A DNA stretch of 64,000 nt from sequence record MK327929.1; one strand, 5' to 3'. The notes under the pieces were generated by a model that saw nothing but the letters and a program-made list of their open reading frames with translations, did no database searches and had not been told where the DNA came from. Below are positions 40,112 through 50,028 of the stretch, piece after piece. The translations under genes were made by a program, and so were the position numbers. This DNA is from Escherichia phage D5505. Position 1 is the first letter of the stretch. Each line of letters starts with the position of its first letter.

Positions 40112-40582
40112 TTAATCATGTTTCCACACCCCATCGGTATTTGACCAAAGTCGCTGATTATCTGATCCTCGCCACAGCTTTTTGGTCGGAAGATTTTTCT
40201 CATACTTCCCATCAATAATAACATCAACATATTTAAGCATTTCTAGTTGTTTAATATCTTCAAACTTATATCCTGTCCACAACCAAATGCTTTTATTTGG
40301 ATAAAGATTTTTTACTGTTTGAACAATGCAATGAATAACATCTCGATTATCAGGATAGAGAGGGTCTCCTCCAGTTATAGTTAATCCTTCTATATAATCA
40401 TTATTCAAACATTCAATTAATTGTTCTAGTGTTTCACCAGTGAATGGAATACCATTTCTAGCATTCCATGTTGATTTATTATAACACCCTTCGCATTTAT
40501 GCAAACAACCTGTAACGAAAAGAACGACCCTGCAACCAGGGCCATTCACAAAATCGCAAGGATAAAATCTATCATAATTCAT
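40112..40582 (-). CDS. nrdG: anaerobic ribonucleotide reductase activase NrdG (radical SAM)
   Basis: 156-aa ORF, same length as T4 NrdG; CxxxCxxC cluster. Confidence 0.85.
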   Translation of the reverse strand: MNYDRFYPCDFVNGPGCRVVLFVTGCLHKCEGCYNKSTWNARNGIPFTGETLEQLIECLNNDYIEGLTITGGDPLYPDNRDVIHCIVQTVKNLYPNKSIWLWTGYKFEDIKQLEMLKYVDVIIDGKYEKNLPTKKLWRGSDNQRLWSNTDGVWKHD

Positions 40583-42396
40583 TGATGCTTAACCCTATGC
40601 ATGATTTCTTTATTTTTGCCGAGATTAAATCCGCGTTCGTTCGGATTTCCCAAATAACCACATGTTCTTCTTATTGTATTCATCTTTTTAGGATCAGTTT
40701 CTCCACAAATAGAACAAACAAATCCGTTTTCAGTAGGAGTCATTTCATGGGTACTTCCACATGTAAAACATTTATCCACTGGCATATTAACACCAAAATA
40801 ATCTAAATGTTGTGCAGCATAATCCCATACGGCCTCAAGACCTTTCAAGTTATTTTTCATATCAGGAAGTTCAACATAAGAAATGTGACCACCTGTCGCA
40901 ATGAAATGATATGGCGCTTCACGAGAAATCTTTTCAAACGGAGTAATATTTTCTTCTACTGAGACATGGAAACTGTTAGTGTACCAGCCTTTATCGGTAA
41001 CATCTTTTACACTTCCATATTTTTCTGTATCGAGTTTACAGAAGCGATAACAAAGGTTTTCAGCAGGAGTCGAATATAAACTAAAAGCAAATCCGGTTCT
41101 TTCAGTCCACTGTTTAAGATGAGCATTCATTTTAGTTAAAATTTCTCGTCCAATATCACGACCGACAAGAATATTCAATTCGTGAATACCAATGTATCCT
41201 AGGGACACTGAACTTCTACCATTTTTAAATAACTCAATTATATCGTCATCAGGTTTAAGACGAACCCCGAATGCACCTTCTTGGTAAAGAATAGGAGCAA
41301 CAGTCGCTTTAACTCCTTTTAAGGAACTAATTCTACACATCAAAGCTTCAAAACATAAATCCATTCGTTCATTGAATAATTCAACAAATTTCTGTTCATT
41401 GAACTGTGTTCCAATATAAGAATCTAACGCGATGCGAGGAAGATTCAGTGTTACAACACCAAGATTATTACGTCCATCAAGAATTTCATTACCAGTCGAA
41501 TCTTTCCATACGCTCAAGAAACTACGGCAACCCATTGGAGAAACAGGAATAGATGAACCAGTGATAGCTTTATTGTTCTTAGCTGAAATAATATCAGGAT
41601 ACATTCTTTTGCTTGCACACTCTAGAGCAAGCTGCTTAATATCATAGTTCGGATCGTCTTTGTAAAGATTAACGCCTTCTTCGACGAACATAACAAGCTT
41701 AGGGAAAATAGGAGTTATCCCATCACGACCAAGACCTTTAATACGATTTTTCAGAATTGCTTTCTGAATCATTCGTTCAGTCCAGTCAGTTCCCGTACCA
41801 AATGTAATTGTTACAAAAGGTGTTTGCCCGTTTGAACTAAAGAGAGTATTTACTTCATATTCATAAGCTTGGAATGCATCGTATACGTCTTTTTCTGTTT
41901 TAGATTGAGCATAATTCAACGCATCAGCGATTTGCCATTTTTCTGCATCCTCAATATGTTTTGCATAGGTGCGTTTAACATAAGGAGAAAGTACTTTATC
42001 TACATTCGCAAAAGTCGTTCCGCCGTATTGGTGAGAAGCAACCTGTGCAGTAATTTGTGCCATAATTGCAGTAGCAACACCGATTGATTTAGGAGTTTCA
42101 ATCTGTGCATTACCGAGCTTAAATCCGTTCTCAAGCATTCCTTTTAAATCTACTAAACAGCAATTAGTAAATGGAAGAGCAGGGGAATAATCAATATCAT
42201 GAAAATGGATAATTCCGCTTTCATGCGCTTTCATAATAAAAGACGGGACCATATTTTTGGCAATGTGTTTAGACACAATACCAGCCATAAGGTCCCGTTG
42301 AGTTGGAAAAACACGAGAATCTTTATTAGCATTCTCGTTTAAAAGGTCTTTATTAGTTTTATGAATCAATCCTTCAATTTCTTTTTCAATTGTCAT
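40579..42396 (-). CDS. nrdD: anaerobic ribonucleotide reductase NrdD, uninterrupted
   Basis: 605-aa continuous ORF with C-terminal glycyl-radical region; no intron-sized interruption. Confidence 0.9.
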   Translation of the reverse strand: MTIEKEIEGLIHKTNKDLLNENANKDSRVFPTQRDLMAGIVSKHIAKNMVPSFIMKAHESGIIHFHDIDYSPALPFTNCCLVDLKGMLENGFKLGNAQIETPKSIGVATAIMAQITAQVASHQYGGTTFANVDKVLSPYVKRTYAKHIEDAEKWQIADALNYAQSKTEKDVYDAFQAYEYEVNTLFSSNGQTPFVTITFGTGTDWTERMIQKAILKNRIKGLGRDGITPIFPKLVMFVEEGVNLYKDDPNYDIKQLALECASKRMYPDIISAKNNKAITGSSIPVSPMGCRSFLSVWKDSTGNEILDGRNNLGVVTLNLPRIALDSYIGTQFNEQKFVELFNERMDLCFEALMCRISSLKGVKATVAPILYQEGAFGVRLKPDDDIIELFKNGRSSVSLGYIGIHELNILVGRDIGREILTKMNAHLKQWTERTGFAFSLYSTPAENLCYRFCKLDTEKYGSVKDVTDKGWYTNSFHVSVEENITPFEKISREAPYHFIATGGHISYVELPDMKNNLKGLEAVWDYAAQHLDYFGVNMPVDKCFTCGSTHEMTPTENGFVCSICGETDPKKMNTIRRTCGYLGNPNERGFNLGKNKEIMHRVKHQ

Positions 42397-42866
42397 TTTA
42401 AACTCTTTCTAAGCTGCTTCTTAAATGAAGCTATTAACTGTGTTTTGGTGTCAGATTCATTATATTCAAATCCTCTTTGAAGCATCTCGGCCATCATTTC
42501 CTCTTTTCCTAAACGAGAAAATTCCTTTGATTTATCTCCAACAAAGTTAGGGTGAATATTATTTTGGGTGTAATCGGATTTTAAATAAGTAAGTAAATTT
42601 TCTAACCATTCAAGATAATCAACACCCTGTCCCTTTAAGCCAGAACGATTAAATTTATGCTTCATTTGACCTTCTGCAGCATTGCAGAGATTACAAAGCA
42701 ATCCACGTATCTTTCCTGCTTTTGGTCCATTTAATTCATGGTCATGGTCGAGGTGATTAGCTTGAACATCAGGATTTAGTTCTCGTTGGCAAATTAAGCA
42801 TTTACCGTTTTGTGCATTATAAAATTTTTGTTTTTCTTCTTTGTATAATTTGCCAGTCAATAACAT
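42393..42866 (-). CDS. 49: endonuclease VII gp49 (Holliday junction resolvase)
   Basis: 157-aa ORF, same length as T4 gp49; CxxC...HxH zinc/HNH-like motifs. Confidence 0.85.
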   Translation of the reverse strand: MLLTGKLYKEEKQKFYNAQNGKCLICQRELNPDVQANHLDHDHELNGPKAGKIRGLLCNLCNAAEGQMKHKFNRSGLKGQGVDYLEWLENLLTYLKSDYTQNNIHPNFVGDKSKEFSRLGKEEMMAEMLQRGFEYNESDTKTQLIASFKKQLRKSLK

Positions 42867-42908
42867 AATAAAACCCTTACCTTAAATAGATAAGGGTATT
42901 TATTATTT

Positions 42909-42955
42909 TTAAGTATTGTAAAACATTCGATGCAATCGTTTATACTGTCGAATCA
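42909..42955. repeat. direct repeat copy 1 (about 47 bp, about 88 percent identical to 43122-43168)
   Basis: read directly: ttaagtattgtaaaacattcgatgcaatcgtttatactgtcgaatc versus tcaagtattgtaaaacatttgatgcaatcgcttatattgccgaatc. Confidence 0.7.
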
Positions 42956-43085
42956 TCTTTTTAGTAGGACGAGAATAGGTTCCTACGCAAGTGGTCATAT
43001 GAGGGTCCGTAGAATGTCCTTTAATAAAAAGTTTCCAAACCTTACCGCCATTTAACTTTTCAGTATAAACCAATTCGGTTTTCAT
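42909..43085 (-). CDS. candidate small ORF (about 58 aa) whose C-terminus duplicates that of 43122..43625
   Basis: hand translation MKTELVYTEKLNGGKVWKLFIKGHSTDPHMTTCVGTYSRPTKKMIRQYKRLHRMFYNT; below ORF-track cutoff; coordinates approximate. Confidence 0.3.
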   Translation of the reverse strand: MKTELVYTEKLNGGKVWKLFIKGHSTDPHMTTCVGTYSRPTKKMIRQYKRLHRMFYNT

Positions 43086-43121
43086 TAAAATGCCTTGTCA
43101 GAAAAAGAATTTTGAGTTTTT

Positions 43122-43168
43122 TCAAGTATTGTAAAACATTTGATGCAATCGCTTATATTGCCGAATCT
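43122..43168. repeat. direct repeat copy 2 (3-prime end of the 167-aa ORF)
   Basis: see copy 1. Confidence 0.7.
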
Positions 43169-43625
43169 TTTGGTCAGAAAAAGAAATTTGATTTTCAAGC
43201 CATTCAATGTATTCTGCGGCAGCTTGCATCAGGTTACCTTCATAGCCATCGTTATTTTCTTGTGCAGCTAATTTAGCTAATGCGTATGAAATACGTTCAC
43301 CTTGAAAATCGGCTTTAGGCTTCTGAACAACTTGATTAGTTCGCTCTACAACTTCTTCAATTTCGCCATTTTCTACTGATTCAGTATTCCACAAACACCA
43401 ATACGTAATTGGCTTATCGTAGATGTTAATAATCTTTCCATCAGAAAGTTCAATTTCAATAATTCCAGTATCAGGTTCTATATCATCTTCACATTCTTTT
43501 GCAAGTTCACGAACTTTAAAGACAGTACCTGCACTAAGTTCCGGCCAGTAATTACATAGCCCTGTATCAGCACGATTAATTCTAAACCACTTATCTACTG
43601 TAATCATGTCCCATCTCCATATCAA
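43122..43625 (-). CDS. hypothetical protein at T4 pin position
   Basis: 167-aa ORF between 49 and nrdC; assignment to Pin is by position only. Confidence 0.4.
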   Translation of the reverse strand: MIWRWDMITVDKWFRINRADTGLCNYWPELSAGTVFKVRELAKECEDDIEPDTGIIEIELSDGKIINIYDKPITYWCLWNTESVENGEIEEVVERTNQVVQKPKADFQGERISYALAKLAAQENNDGYEGNLMQAAAEYIEWLENQISFSDQKIRQYKRLHQMFYNT

Positions 43626-43729
43626 TTAAGTCATTTATCGTTGGTTCATTATATACTGTTTCTTCATCAGTGTAAACCGGTTCTTCCGGCTCTGGCTCTA
43701 CAGTTTCCCATCTAGCCGCCCACCAAGGT

Positions 43730-43924
43730 TTAACCCCGAAGCTTATTAAGTTCTTCATAATCAACCCAGGATTCTAATCCTGATGGCAGGTCACATTCAA
43801 TTTCCCAAAGAAGTTCTTCAATTTTATGAAGACGATCTAATTCTTCAACAGGAATAGTAACCATTGATGGAGCTCTTGCTGCACTAATATCGTATATCAT
43901 ATTTACCCCAGTTTGACCATGCAA
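43730..43924 (-). CDS. hypothetical small protein
   Basis: 64-aa ORF. Confidence 0.4.
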   Translation of the reverse strand: MHGQTGVNMIYDISAARAPSMVTIPVEELDRLHKIEELLWEIECDLPSGLESWVDYEELNKLRG

Positions 43925-44118
43925 TCACCGTATTTCCACTTAGAAATAGACTTTTCACCATTAGAATAATAAACTTCGAGTTTAGCACGATTATTTTTAA
44001 TTTGAATAACCTTGGCTGTCATCAAAGTTCCATACCCATAATAAACTGCAACTTCATCACCTACATATACCGCGCTTCCGCGGTAATCATGAATATAGCC
44101 AGTTCCTTCGAGCATCAT
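43903..44118 (-). CDS. hypothetical small protein
   Basis: 71-aa ORF, 4-nt overlap with nrdC. Confidence 0.45.
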   Translation of the reverse strand: MMLEGTGYIHDYRGSAVYVGDEVAVYYGYGTLMTAKVIQIKNNRAKLEVYYSNGEKSISKWKYGDCMVKLG

Positions 44119-44378
44119 TTAAAGTATTCCCGCAATTGATCAAATCCACCAATATGACTTCCACCAGGAGCAAATACCTGAGGCATTGTCAAGCCTATTT
44201 GAGTATCACGACCTAGTTTAGTCAGAAGCTCAGCGATTTTCTCATCATCAAAAACACCTTTTTCCGGCATAATGTTGATAAATTCAAACGGCTGTTTCTT
44301 CACAGTCAAAAGACGTTTTGCATTATCGCAATACACGCATTTATGAATGTTGCTATCATAACCATATACTTTAAACAT
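44115..44378 (-). CDS. nrdC: thioredoxin NrdC
   Basis: 87-aa ORF recognisable as T4 NrdC; CVYC active site. Confidence 0.85.
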   Translation of the reverse strand: MFKVYGYDSNIHKCVYCDNAKRLLTVKKQPFEFINIMPEKGVFDDEKIAELLTKLGRDTQIGLTMPQVFAPGGSHIGGFDQLREYFK

Positions 44379-44379
44379 A

Positions 44380-44622
44380 TTATTCCTTAATTCCTAGTAC
44401 TTGTTTAAAAGTCTCGTCGTAATCAAGACTTTGGCCCGTTTGTTCTTTATGTTTGTATATAATATCACTTACTTCTGATAGCATATTTTTATATGAACGA
44501 GTTAAAGCAGATTTAAGCACGCTGTATCTATCAGGAAATTTACCGTGTTCATTATAATAAGCTATTGCTAATTCACGGACTGCCTTTTCAGCAGCCTCCA
44601 TATATTCTTTACGCTTGGTCAT
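44380..44622 (-). CDS. hypothetical protein
   Basis: 80-aa ORF (nrdC.x block). Confidence 0.45.
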   Translation of the reverse strand: MTKRKEYMEAAEKAVRELAIAYYNEHGKFPDRYSVLKSALTRSYKNMLSEVSDIIYKHKEQTGQSLDYDETFKQVLGIKE

Positions 44623-44624
44623 TT

Positions 44625-45014
44625 TTAATCCAAAATATTATTAGGCATTGGTTGAACACTCACAAGTTCTTTAAAGAACTCAGTAGAGTCAGGCAATTTA
44701 ACCATTTCCGGAGCATGCTTACTGAATTTATGTTTACATTGACGGCATTTATATTCAAGCTCTGGTTTACGCCAGTTAATCAACTGAACTTGTTCAGTAC
44801 CGCATTCAGGGCAATTAGGAACGTTTTTAGAAGCTCTTTCACGTCGTTCAACCATAGCCATAATAGCATCCCATGCTGGAGGTTTAAAATCTAAATCGTC
44901 GCAGCCGTGAATCTTTCCACGCATTTCCATATCATCTTCCTCACCAGCCATAATAATTTTAATTAGACTAGAATTACTTGAAGCTGCAATGTCTTCTAAT
45001 AAACGCTTTTTCAT
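44625..45014 (-). CDS. hypothetical zinc-ribbon protein
   Basis: 129-aa ORF with CPECG...CRQCKH. Confidence 0.5.
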   Translation of the reverse strand: MKKRLLEDIAASSNSSLIKIIMAGEEDDMEMRGKIHGCDDLDFKPPAWDAIMAMVERRERASKNVPNCPECGTEQVQLINWRKPELEYKCRQCKHKFSKHAPEMVKLPDSTEFFKELVSVQPMPNNILD

Positions 45015-45940
45015 TTCAATACCTCAATAGCATTACGTAAACCATTTGCTTTTGCATTAAGAGCTTTTAACAATTTGGTGTGTTCTGCAATTTGGGCTTC
45101 AACTTCAATCAAACGGGCATTGAGATATTCACGTTCTTCACTCAGATTATCAACCTTTTCTACTTTAGGCTCTTTTACAACTGTCTTATATGTATTAGGG
45201 TTCTTCAGTTTAATTAGAATGCGTGAACTGTATAACATTGAACCATTATCTTCGGTTTCGTCATACATTTCCACTACGTCCATAATTTTTAACATCATGC
45301 GGAGTTTATAAGACAACGAACGAATAGTTTTGTTGTGCTTATTAATTTCTTTAGCTGTCATGGTGCCAAGATTACGTGAGTAATAATAAGGAACCTGGAT
45401 ATTAATTAATACTGATGAACCACCTGGCTTGTGTGTTACTTCATCAGCAATAACCCAATCCTTAACATGAACTGTATTTGTACGGTCATCGCCCGCGGTA
45501 AATAGTTTACGAGCATGCTTAAAAAGCATATTCACTTGGTCATTGAATTGACAAGCGAATTTATCAGCAAATTTAGTTTCGGGAATGGTAGATAACCAAT
45601 CAGCCAAATGGGTCTTTTTAACATCGTTAACAATAGTAAATTCAACCAAATCGGTTATAGATGTCGCAGTTTTAATGAATCTCGGCTTCATAAAGTTTTT
45701 AATGTTATCGCGAGCTACAGTAGAAGATAACATACGAGAACGTTTAAACCATTCAAGTAAATTGCCTAACGAATGAGAATAAGCGTTCTGAGTATCTTTA
45801 CAGATATGATTTTCCTGGCCAACATACTGAAGGAAATCACGAAGAATATTATTGATTACTGCTCTGTGTCCTATCTGATAATCACGATGTTTAGTAATAA
45901 GACTGTCAAAATAATCAATATAATGTTTACGAGTTTTCAT
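45011..45940 (-). CDS. hypothetical protein with C-terminal coiled coil (tandem family member)
   Basis: 309-aa ORF; heptad-like C-terminus. Confidence 0.5.
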   Translation of the reverse strand: MKTRKHYIDYFDSLITKHRDYQIGHRAVINNILRDFLQYVGQENHICKDTQNAYSHSLGNLLEWFKRSRMLSSTVARDNIKNFMKPRFIKTATSITDLVEFTIVNDVKKTHLADWLSTIPETKFADKFACQFNDQVNMLFKHARKLFTAGDDRTNTVHVKDWVIADEVTHKPGGSSVLINIQVPYYYSRNLGTMTAKEINKHNKTIRSLSYKLRMMLKIMDVVEMYDETEDNGSMLYSSRILIKLKNPNTYKTVVKEPKVEKVDNLSEEREYLNARLIEVEAQIAEHTKLLKALNAKANGLRNAIEVLK

Positions 45941-45994
45941 GTTCTTCTCACTTGGTTAATGGTTTATACTCCGAGCCATCCTTGGCTTTAAATT

Positions 45995-46996
45995 TTACTT
46001 AATTAACTGTAAAGCTTGTTCAAGACGATCCAGGCGATTAACAGATTCTTCCCAAATCCTTTTAGCCTGCTCATATTCTTTCTGTGCTTTATTAGAAATT
46101 TCTAGAACTTCTTTATAAGCTTTTTCTAATGCAATAACTTCTGGACGAATTTCTACCGATTCAGGTGAATCATCAAGATTATCCATTAGTTCCTCAAGGG
46201 TAGTTTCTTCTTTAGGGGTATTCACAATTTCTTCACATTTTTGTTGATAAATTTCTTTATTAGTAGGTGAGTACGCGCACTTTACTTCACGAAGACTAAC
46301 TACAATTTTATATCCTTCCCAACCGCATATATTCTTAAAAGGATAAGTATGAATATTTTCTACCGTTTCCATACAAAGTAATGCAGTCTCTAACTGACGA
46401 GTTGTATCACTAGCAATTGAGAAAAATTTATTAATGTTCTTTTGATTAGCTTCTGGTGTAAAAAATTCATAATTCACAAAAATAGCTGCTTTATTTTTAT
46501 CAAGTTCATATTCTTTTATGATAATCATATCAGAAGCCAAAGGATGAATTTGACGATAATCGCCATAACATAATTTAGAAGCTGATTTTAGAATTTGCTT
46601 CTTGAAAAGTCTAAAATTACTAATCCAACGACGAGTAAAAATATTCTCAGGGTCTTCTTTATTATTAAGATGATAAGAATTAACATCACCGAACCAACTG
46701 TATCCTACTACATCTTTGGTTCGTTTAATTTCTTTCCCAAAATTACTAAGAATATCTTGATTAACTAAATATGAAAGAAGACGAGACCCTTTAAAGGTTT
46801 CCTTAATATCATCTTTATCTACACGACTAGAAATTTTATGAACTTCATGAATAAATTTGCTGGAAGAAACAATACTTGCATCAGTATTGTTGAGCCACTG
46901 ATTGATAATAGAAAGAACACTATTCTGACTAGACATAGGTTTAACTTTATCATCAATAACGCTATTGAATGATTTGATATATTCGTTACGAGTCAT
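45995..46996 (-). CDS. hypothetical protein with C-terminal coiled coil (start reassigned, about 333 aa)
   Basis: ORF-track start 47026 overlaps promoter -10; ATG 46994-46996 has GAGGAG SD; internal motif aligns with 47054..48073. Confidence 0.5.
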   Translation of the reverse strand: MTRNEYIKSFNSVIDDKVKPMSSQNSVLSIINQWLNNTDASIVSSSKFIHEVHKISSRVDKDDIKETFKGSRLLSYLVNQDILSNFGKEIKRTKDVVGYSWFGDVNSYHLNNKEDPENIFTRRWISNFRLFKKQILKSASKLCYGDYRQIHPLASDMIIIKEYELDKNKAAIFVNYEFFTPEANQKNINKFFSIASDTTRQLETALLCMETVENIHTYPFKNICGWEGYKIVVSLREVKCAYSPTNKEIYQQKCEEIVNTPKEETTLEELMDNLDDSPESVEIRPEVIALEKAYKEVLEISNKAQKEYEQAKRIWEESVNRLDRLEQALQLIK

Positions 46997-47024
46997 ATTA
47001 ATCTCCTCAGTAGAAAGTAAGAAC

Positions 47025-47054
47025 ATTATACCACATCCTTGTGGTAAAGTAAAC
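47025..47054 (-). promoter_or_regulatory. T4-early-type promoter, sequence-identical to 2418-2447
   Basis: 32-bp exact repeat attataccacatccttgtggtaaagtaaacta. Confidence 0.55.
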
Positions 47055-48073
47055 TAGTTCAGCGCATTTAGTGCATTGTTCAATTTAGAACGTTGCTTCG
47101 TGAGATTTTTGACTTTTTCTTGAGCTTTTTCTAGCATCTTTTCAGCTTCTAGCACTTCATTAGTTGCTTTAACGAGTTCATCATCTACTGCCTTGATAGA
47201 CTTCTCAATCGCATCCGCGTGCCATTTTTCAACAGGTTTAAGACTCGGATTTTCAATAGGAAGAAAATTCACTTTATTGAATTTCCATGCATCTTTATTA
47301 CCTGAGCTATACATCCAAAATTTAGGATCGTTTGATGAGCAATTAGATAAATTTAAGTTATCTTGCACTTCCTGCTTTTTCTCTTGCGGGACTTCATCCT
47401 TTCTCAAAAAATCGTATTTAAATGAAACGATCATATCAAGTTCATACGTTGTTGTATGTTCCCAATTTCGCTCAAAATGAGGTAAAATCTTAGACTGAAC
47501 AGCGGCAACAACATCCATATACTTAAATGCTTCTGTCAACTGTGATTTAAGGCATTCACAAATTGAAAGAGAATTTTTTGTATTAGGTTTAAAGCTAATT
47601 CGTGCAGTTCTATTATTTTCTTTTAATGGTCTTACTTCCATCTGAAGAGTATAACCATCAAATTTCAGGTTCTTTAAGTTAATGTCAGAACCTTTTAATC
47701 GACTAGCCGTCGACAAAATTTGCTTTAATTGTTTACGGAATAGAGCAATAAATCTCCATTCAAGACGGTAATGATTTGGATTAAAAAATCCTGTTGATAA
47801 ATCAACCTTACTCTGACCAACGCCTTGAACAAATAGAGGATTTTTATAATCAATAGTTTTACAGAAATCGGTGAGCTGTTCGCGAGCAGTCATTTGCGTA
47901 ATATATCCAGCTTTATCAAAATGTCGCAGCCATTCACTGCTATTCATATACTTAAAGTGAATGGAACTATTAACTCTATCAGGGTCTAAATTATTTTGGC
48001 ACAAAAATGTCATAACATCACGAGTATAACTGGCATTACGAACCATATCTTCAATTTGAGAACGAGTTTTCAT
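47054..48073 (-). CDS. hypothetical protein with C-terminal coiled coil (paralog of 45995..46996)
   Basis: 339-aa ORF; YRLEWRFIALFRKQLKQILSTASRL aligns with FTRRWISNFRLFKKQILKSASKL. Confidence 0.5.
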   Translation of the reverse strand: MKTRSQIEDMVRNASYTRDVMTFLCQNNLDPDRVNSSIHFKYMNSSEWLRHFDKAGYITQMTAREQLTDFCKTIDYKNPLFVQGVGQSKVDLSTGFFNPNHYRLEWRFIALFRKQLKQILSTASRLKGSDINLKNLKFDGYTLQMEVRPLKENNRTARISFKPNTKNSLSICECLKSQLTEAFKYMDVVAAVQSKILPHFERNWEHTTTYELDMIVSFKYDFLRKDEVPQEKKQEVQDNLNLSNCSSNDPKFWMYSSGNKDAWKFNKVNFLPIENPSLKPVEKWHADAIEKSIKAVDDELVKATNEVLEAEKMLEKAQEKVKNLTKQRSKLNNALNALN

Positions 48074-48081
48074 GGTGTTCC

Positions 48082-48984
48082 TTAAAATTTAAGTAAATCA
48101 ACGATTTTAATTAATTTTTCACGCTCAGATTTAGCTTTACTACTCAATCCAGATAGTCTGAAAATTTCATCATCATATTGCTGAATAGAAATATTTAGCT
48201 CTTCAATCTGCTTATTAAAATAAGCAATTTGTTCAGAATGTTTTTCATTACTGCGAACTGGTACAGGTTTTGTAGGTAATTTAGATGAACTGGATTCATC
48301 CGGGCGATAAATTAAAATACAACTTGAACCAATCGGACATTTAGCACCAGATGAATATTCTAATGTTCCAGCTTCTTTTAAAACTTCAAAAGCTAAACAG
48401 AGATGATGCCCCATATTGACATAATCTGTAGAGTGAGCTCTGATGTAATAATCATCTCCACGAGTACTAAATTTAAAGCATTTAAGGTCTTCTGTATTAT
48501 TGGTCTTAAAAATCATTTGTTTATCTAGACCTTTAGCTAATCGAGCGCCTAATGCTAATAATCGTCGTTGATTTTCCCACAAATCCGCAATCATTTGGTC
48601 AAATGATAATTTCGGCATTAGTCGACCATAAAGGTCATATCCTTTATTATAATTGCGAAGGATTTCACTCGCATTAATACGAGACAACGCTCCAATTTTA
48701 TTAAGGGCTTTCATGATGCGATTAGATAAACCCATTCCAGATCCGTTTGTTCGTTGCAAATGTTTATCTAATCCAAACCCAATATCAACTTTAAATTTAT
48801 CTAAAATTTCAGCATGAACATCTCTGTCAATAACATTCAAATCCAAAGTTGGGTTAAATCTATGAAAAAATTTATCTGGCTCTCCACGACGAAGTACAGT
48901 CCATTCATTTAATTTTTTATTAACTAAAGATTTAATTACTGCATTGACATTATTAATTACTACTGACATATTTTTCTCACTCAA
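48082..48984 (-). CDS. hypothetical protein with C-terminal coiled coil
   Basis: 300-aa ORF. Confidence 0.5.
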   Translation of the reverse strand: MSEKNMSVVINNVNAVIKSLVNKKLNEWTVLRRGEPDKFFHRFNPTLDLNVIDRDVHAEILDKFKVDIGFGLDKHLQRTNGSGMGLSNRIMKALNKIGALSRINASEILRNYNKGYDLYGRLMPKLSFDQMIADLWENQRRLLALGARLAKGLDKQMIFKTNNTEDLKCFKFSTRGDDYYIRAHSTDYVNMGHHLCLAFEVLKEAGTLEYSSGAKCPIGSSCILIYRPDESSSSKLPTKPVPVRSNEKHSEQIAYFNKQIEELNISIQQYDDEIFRLSGLSSKAKSEREKLIKIVDLLKF

Positions 48985-49385
48985 TTTTCAATTTTACTAA
49001 ATACACAGAATATGATGGAAAAGACTATATAAGCACCGCATACAGATTGAACTAATACCATTCCAAAGAACCAAACAATATTATCAAACAATGTCTGTTT
49101 TACGTCGAAAGGACGTAAACTTACAGTAATATTATCGCCTTTTTCTATTGATGAATACATCTCTGGTGAAATATATTCACTAAATCTATAACCGTCTTTG
49201 AGTTCATATACGGCAATAAACGATAAACTAGACCCCTTTCCTTGAGTTCCTGTAAGGGTATTAACTACAGTAACATCATAATCTTTATAATGCATATAAT
49301 CATTAATTGCATAATAACCATATGCAACTACTACACATAAACAACATATCAATAAATTCAATCTTTTAATTATCAACTGTTTCAT
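48981..49385 (-). CDS. membrane protein
   Basis: 134-aa ORF with N- and C-terminal hydrophobic segments. Confidence 0.5.
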   Translation of the reverse strand: MKQLIIKRLNLLICCLCVVVAYGYYAINDYMHYKDYDVTVVNTLTGTQGKGSSLSFIAVYELKDGYRFSEYISPEMYSSIEKGDNITVSLRPFDVKQTLFDNIVWFFGMVLVQSVCGAYIVFSIIFCVFSKIEN

Positions 49386-49440
49386 AATAATCTCAATTAA
49401 AAGGGCTTAGAACCATTATACCATCCTTGGTATAAAGCGG

Positions 49441-49968
49441 TTATGCGAGTACCGTCTTTAACCGTTCTTCAAACTTCCGAAGAGTATTTTGGCGTTCAGC
49501 TCTTTGCTTTTTGTAAGTTTCAATACGCTCTGAAATGAGAGTGTATCGTTCATTTACTGATTCTTTCATAAAATCAGGAATTTCACGAGAAGCTTTAATC
49601 TCATCAAATTTATCAATAACAGCTTGCTCTTCAGCAATTAAGTTATCATACATCAAAATATCTTTCTTGATGAACTCAATATCTTCTTGAGTTACACGAG
49701 ATAATTTAGATGCTTTATCCTTTTTGTACTGTTCGTTAGTATCACGAGACCAGTGTAATGTACGATTTTTATTCGTATTCTTGTAAATTTCTACAATACC
49801 AATCTCATCGATAATAACGATCCAATTCCAACGAGATTTGTAAATTTGTCCTCCGTCAACCGTGATTTCACCTCCGATTGAGATGTCATTAAAGAACTTG
49901 CTTTGTGCTTCAGATTTAAATTTACCATCGTTGTAATTTACCAGGTTGAAAATATCTTTAGCGTTCAT
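49441..49968 (-). CDS. hypothetical protein with helical C-terminus
   Basis: 175-aa ORF with GGAGG SD downstream of promoter 49997-50026. Confidence 0.5.
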   Translation of the reverse strand: MNAKDIFNLVNYNDGKFKSEAQSKFFNDISIGGEITVDGGQIYKSRWNWIVIIDEIGIVEIYKNTNKNRTLHWSRDTNEQYKKDKASKLSRVTQEDIEFIKKDILMYDNLIAEEQAVIDKFDEIKASREIPDFMKESVNERYTLISERIETYKKQRAERQNTLRKFEERLKTVLA

Positions 49969-49996
49969 TTTGTGTTCCTCCGTAGTTGATAGTTGT

Positions 49997-50026
49997 ATAG
50001 TACCACAGAGGAACAGTCTTGTAAAC
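49997..50026 (-). promoter_or_regulatory. T4-early-type promoter (GTTTAC..18..TACTAT) with conserved downstream ACAACTATCAACTAC
   Basis: shares a 24-mer with 24773-24796. Confidence 0.5.
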
Positions 50027-50028
50027 CA

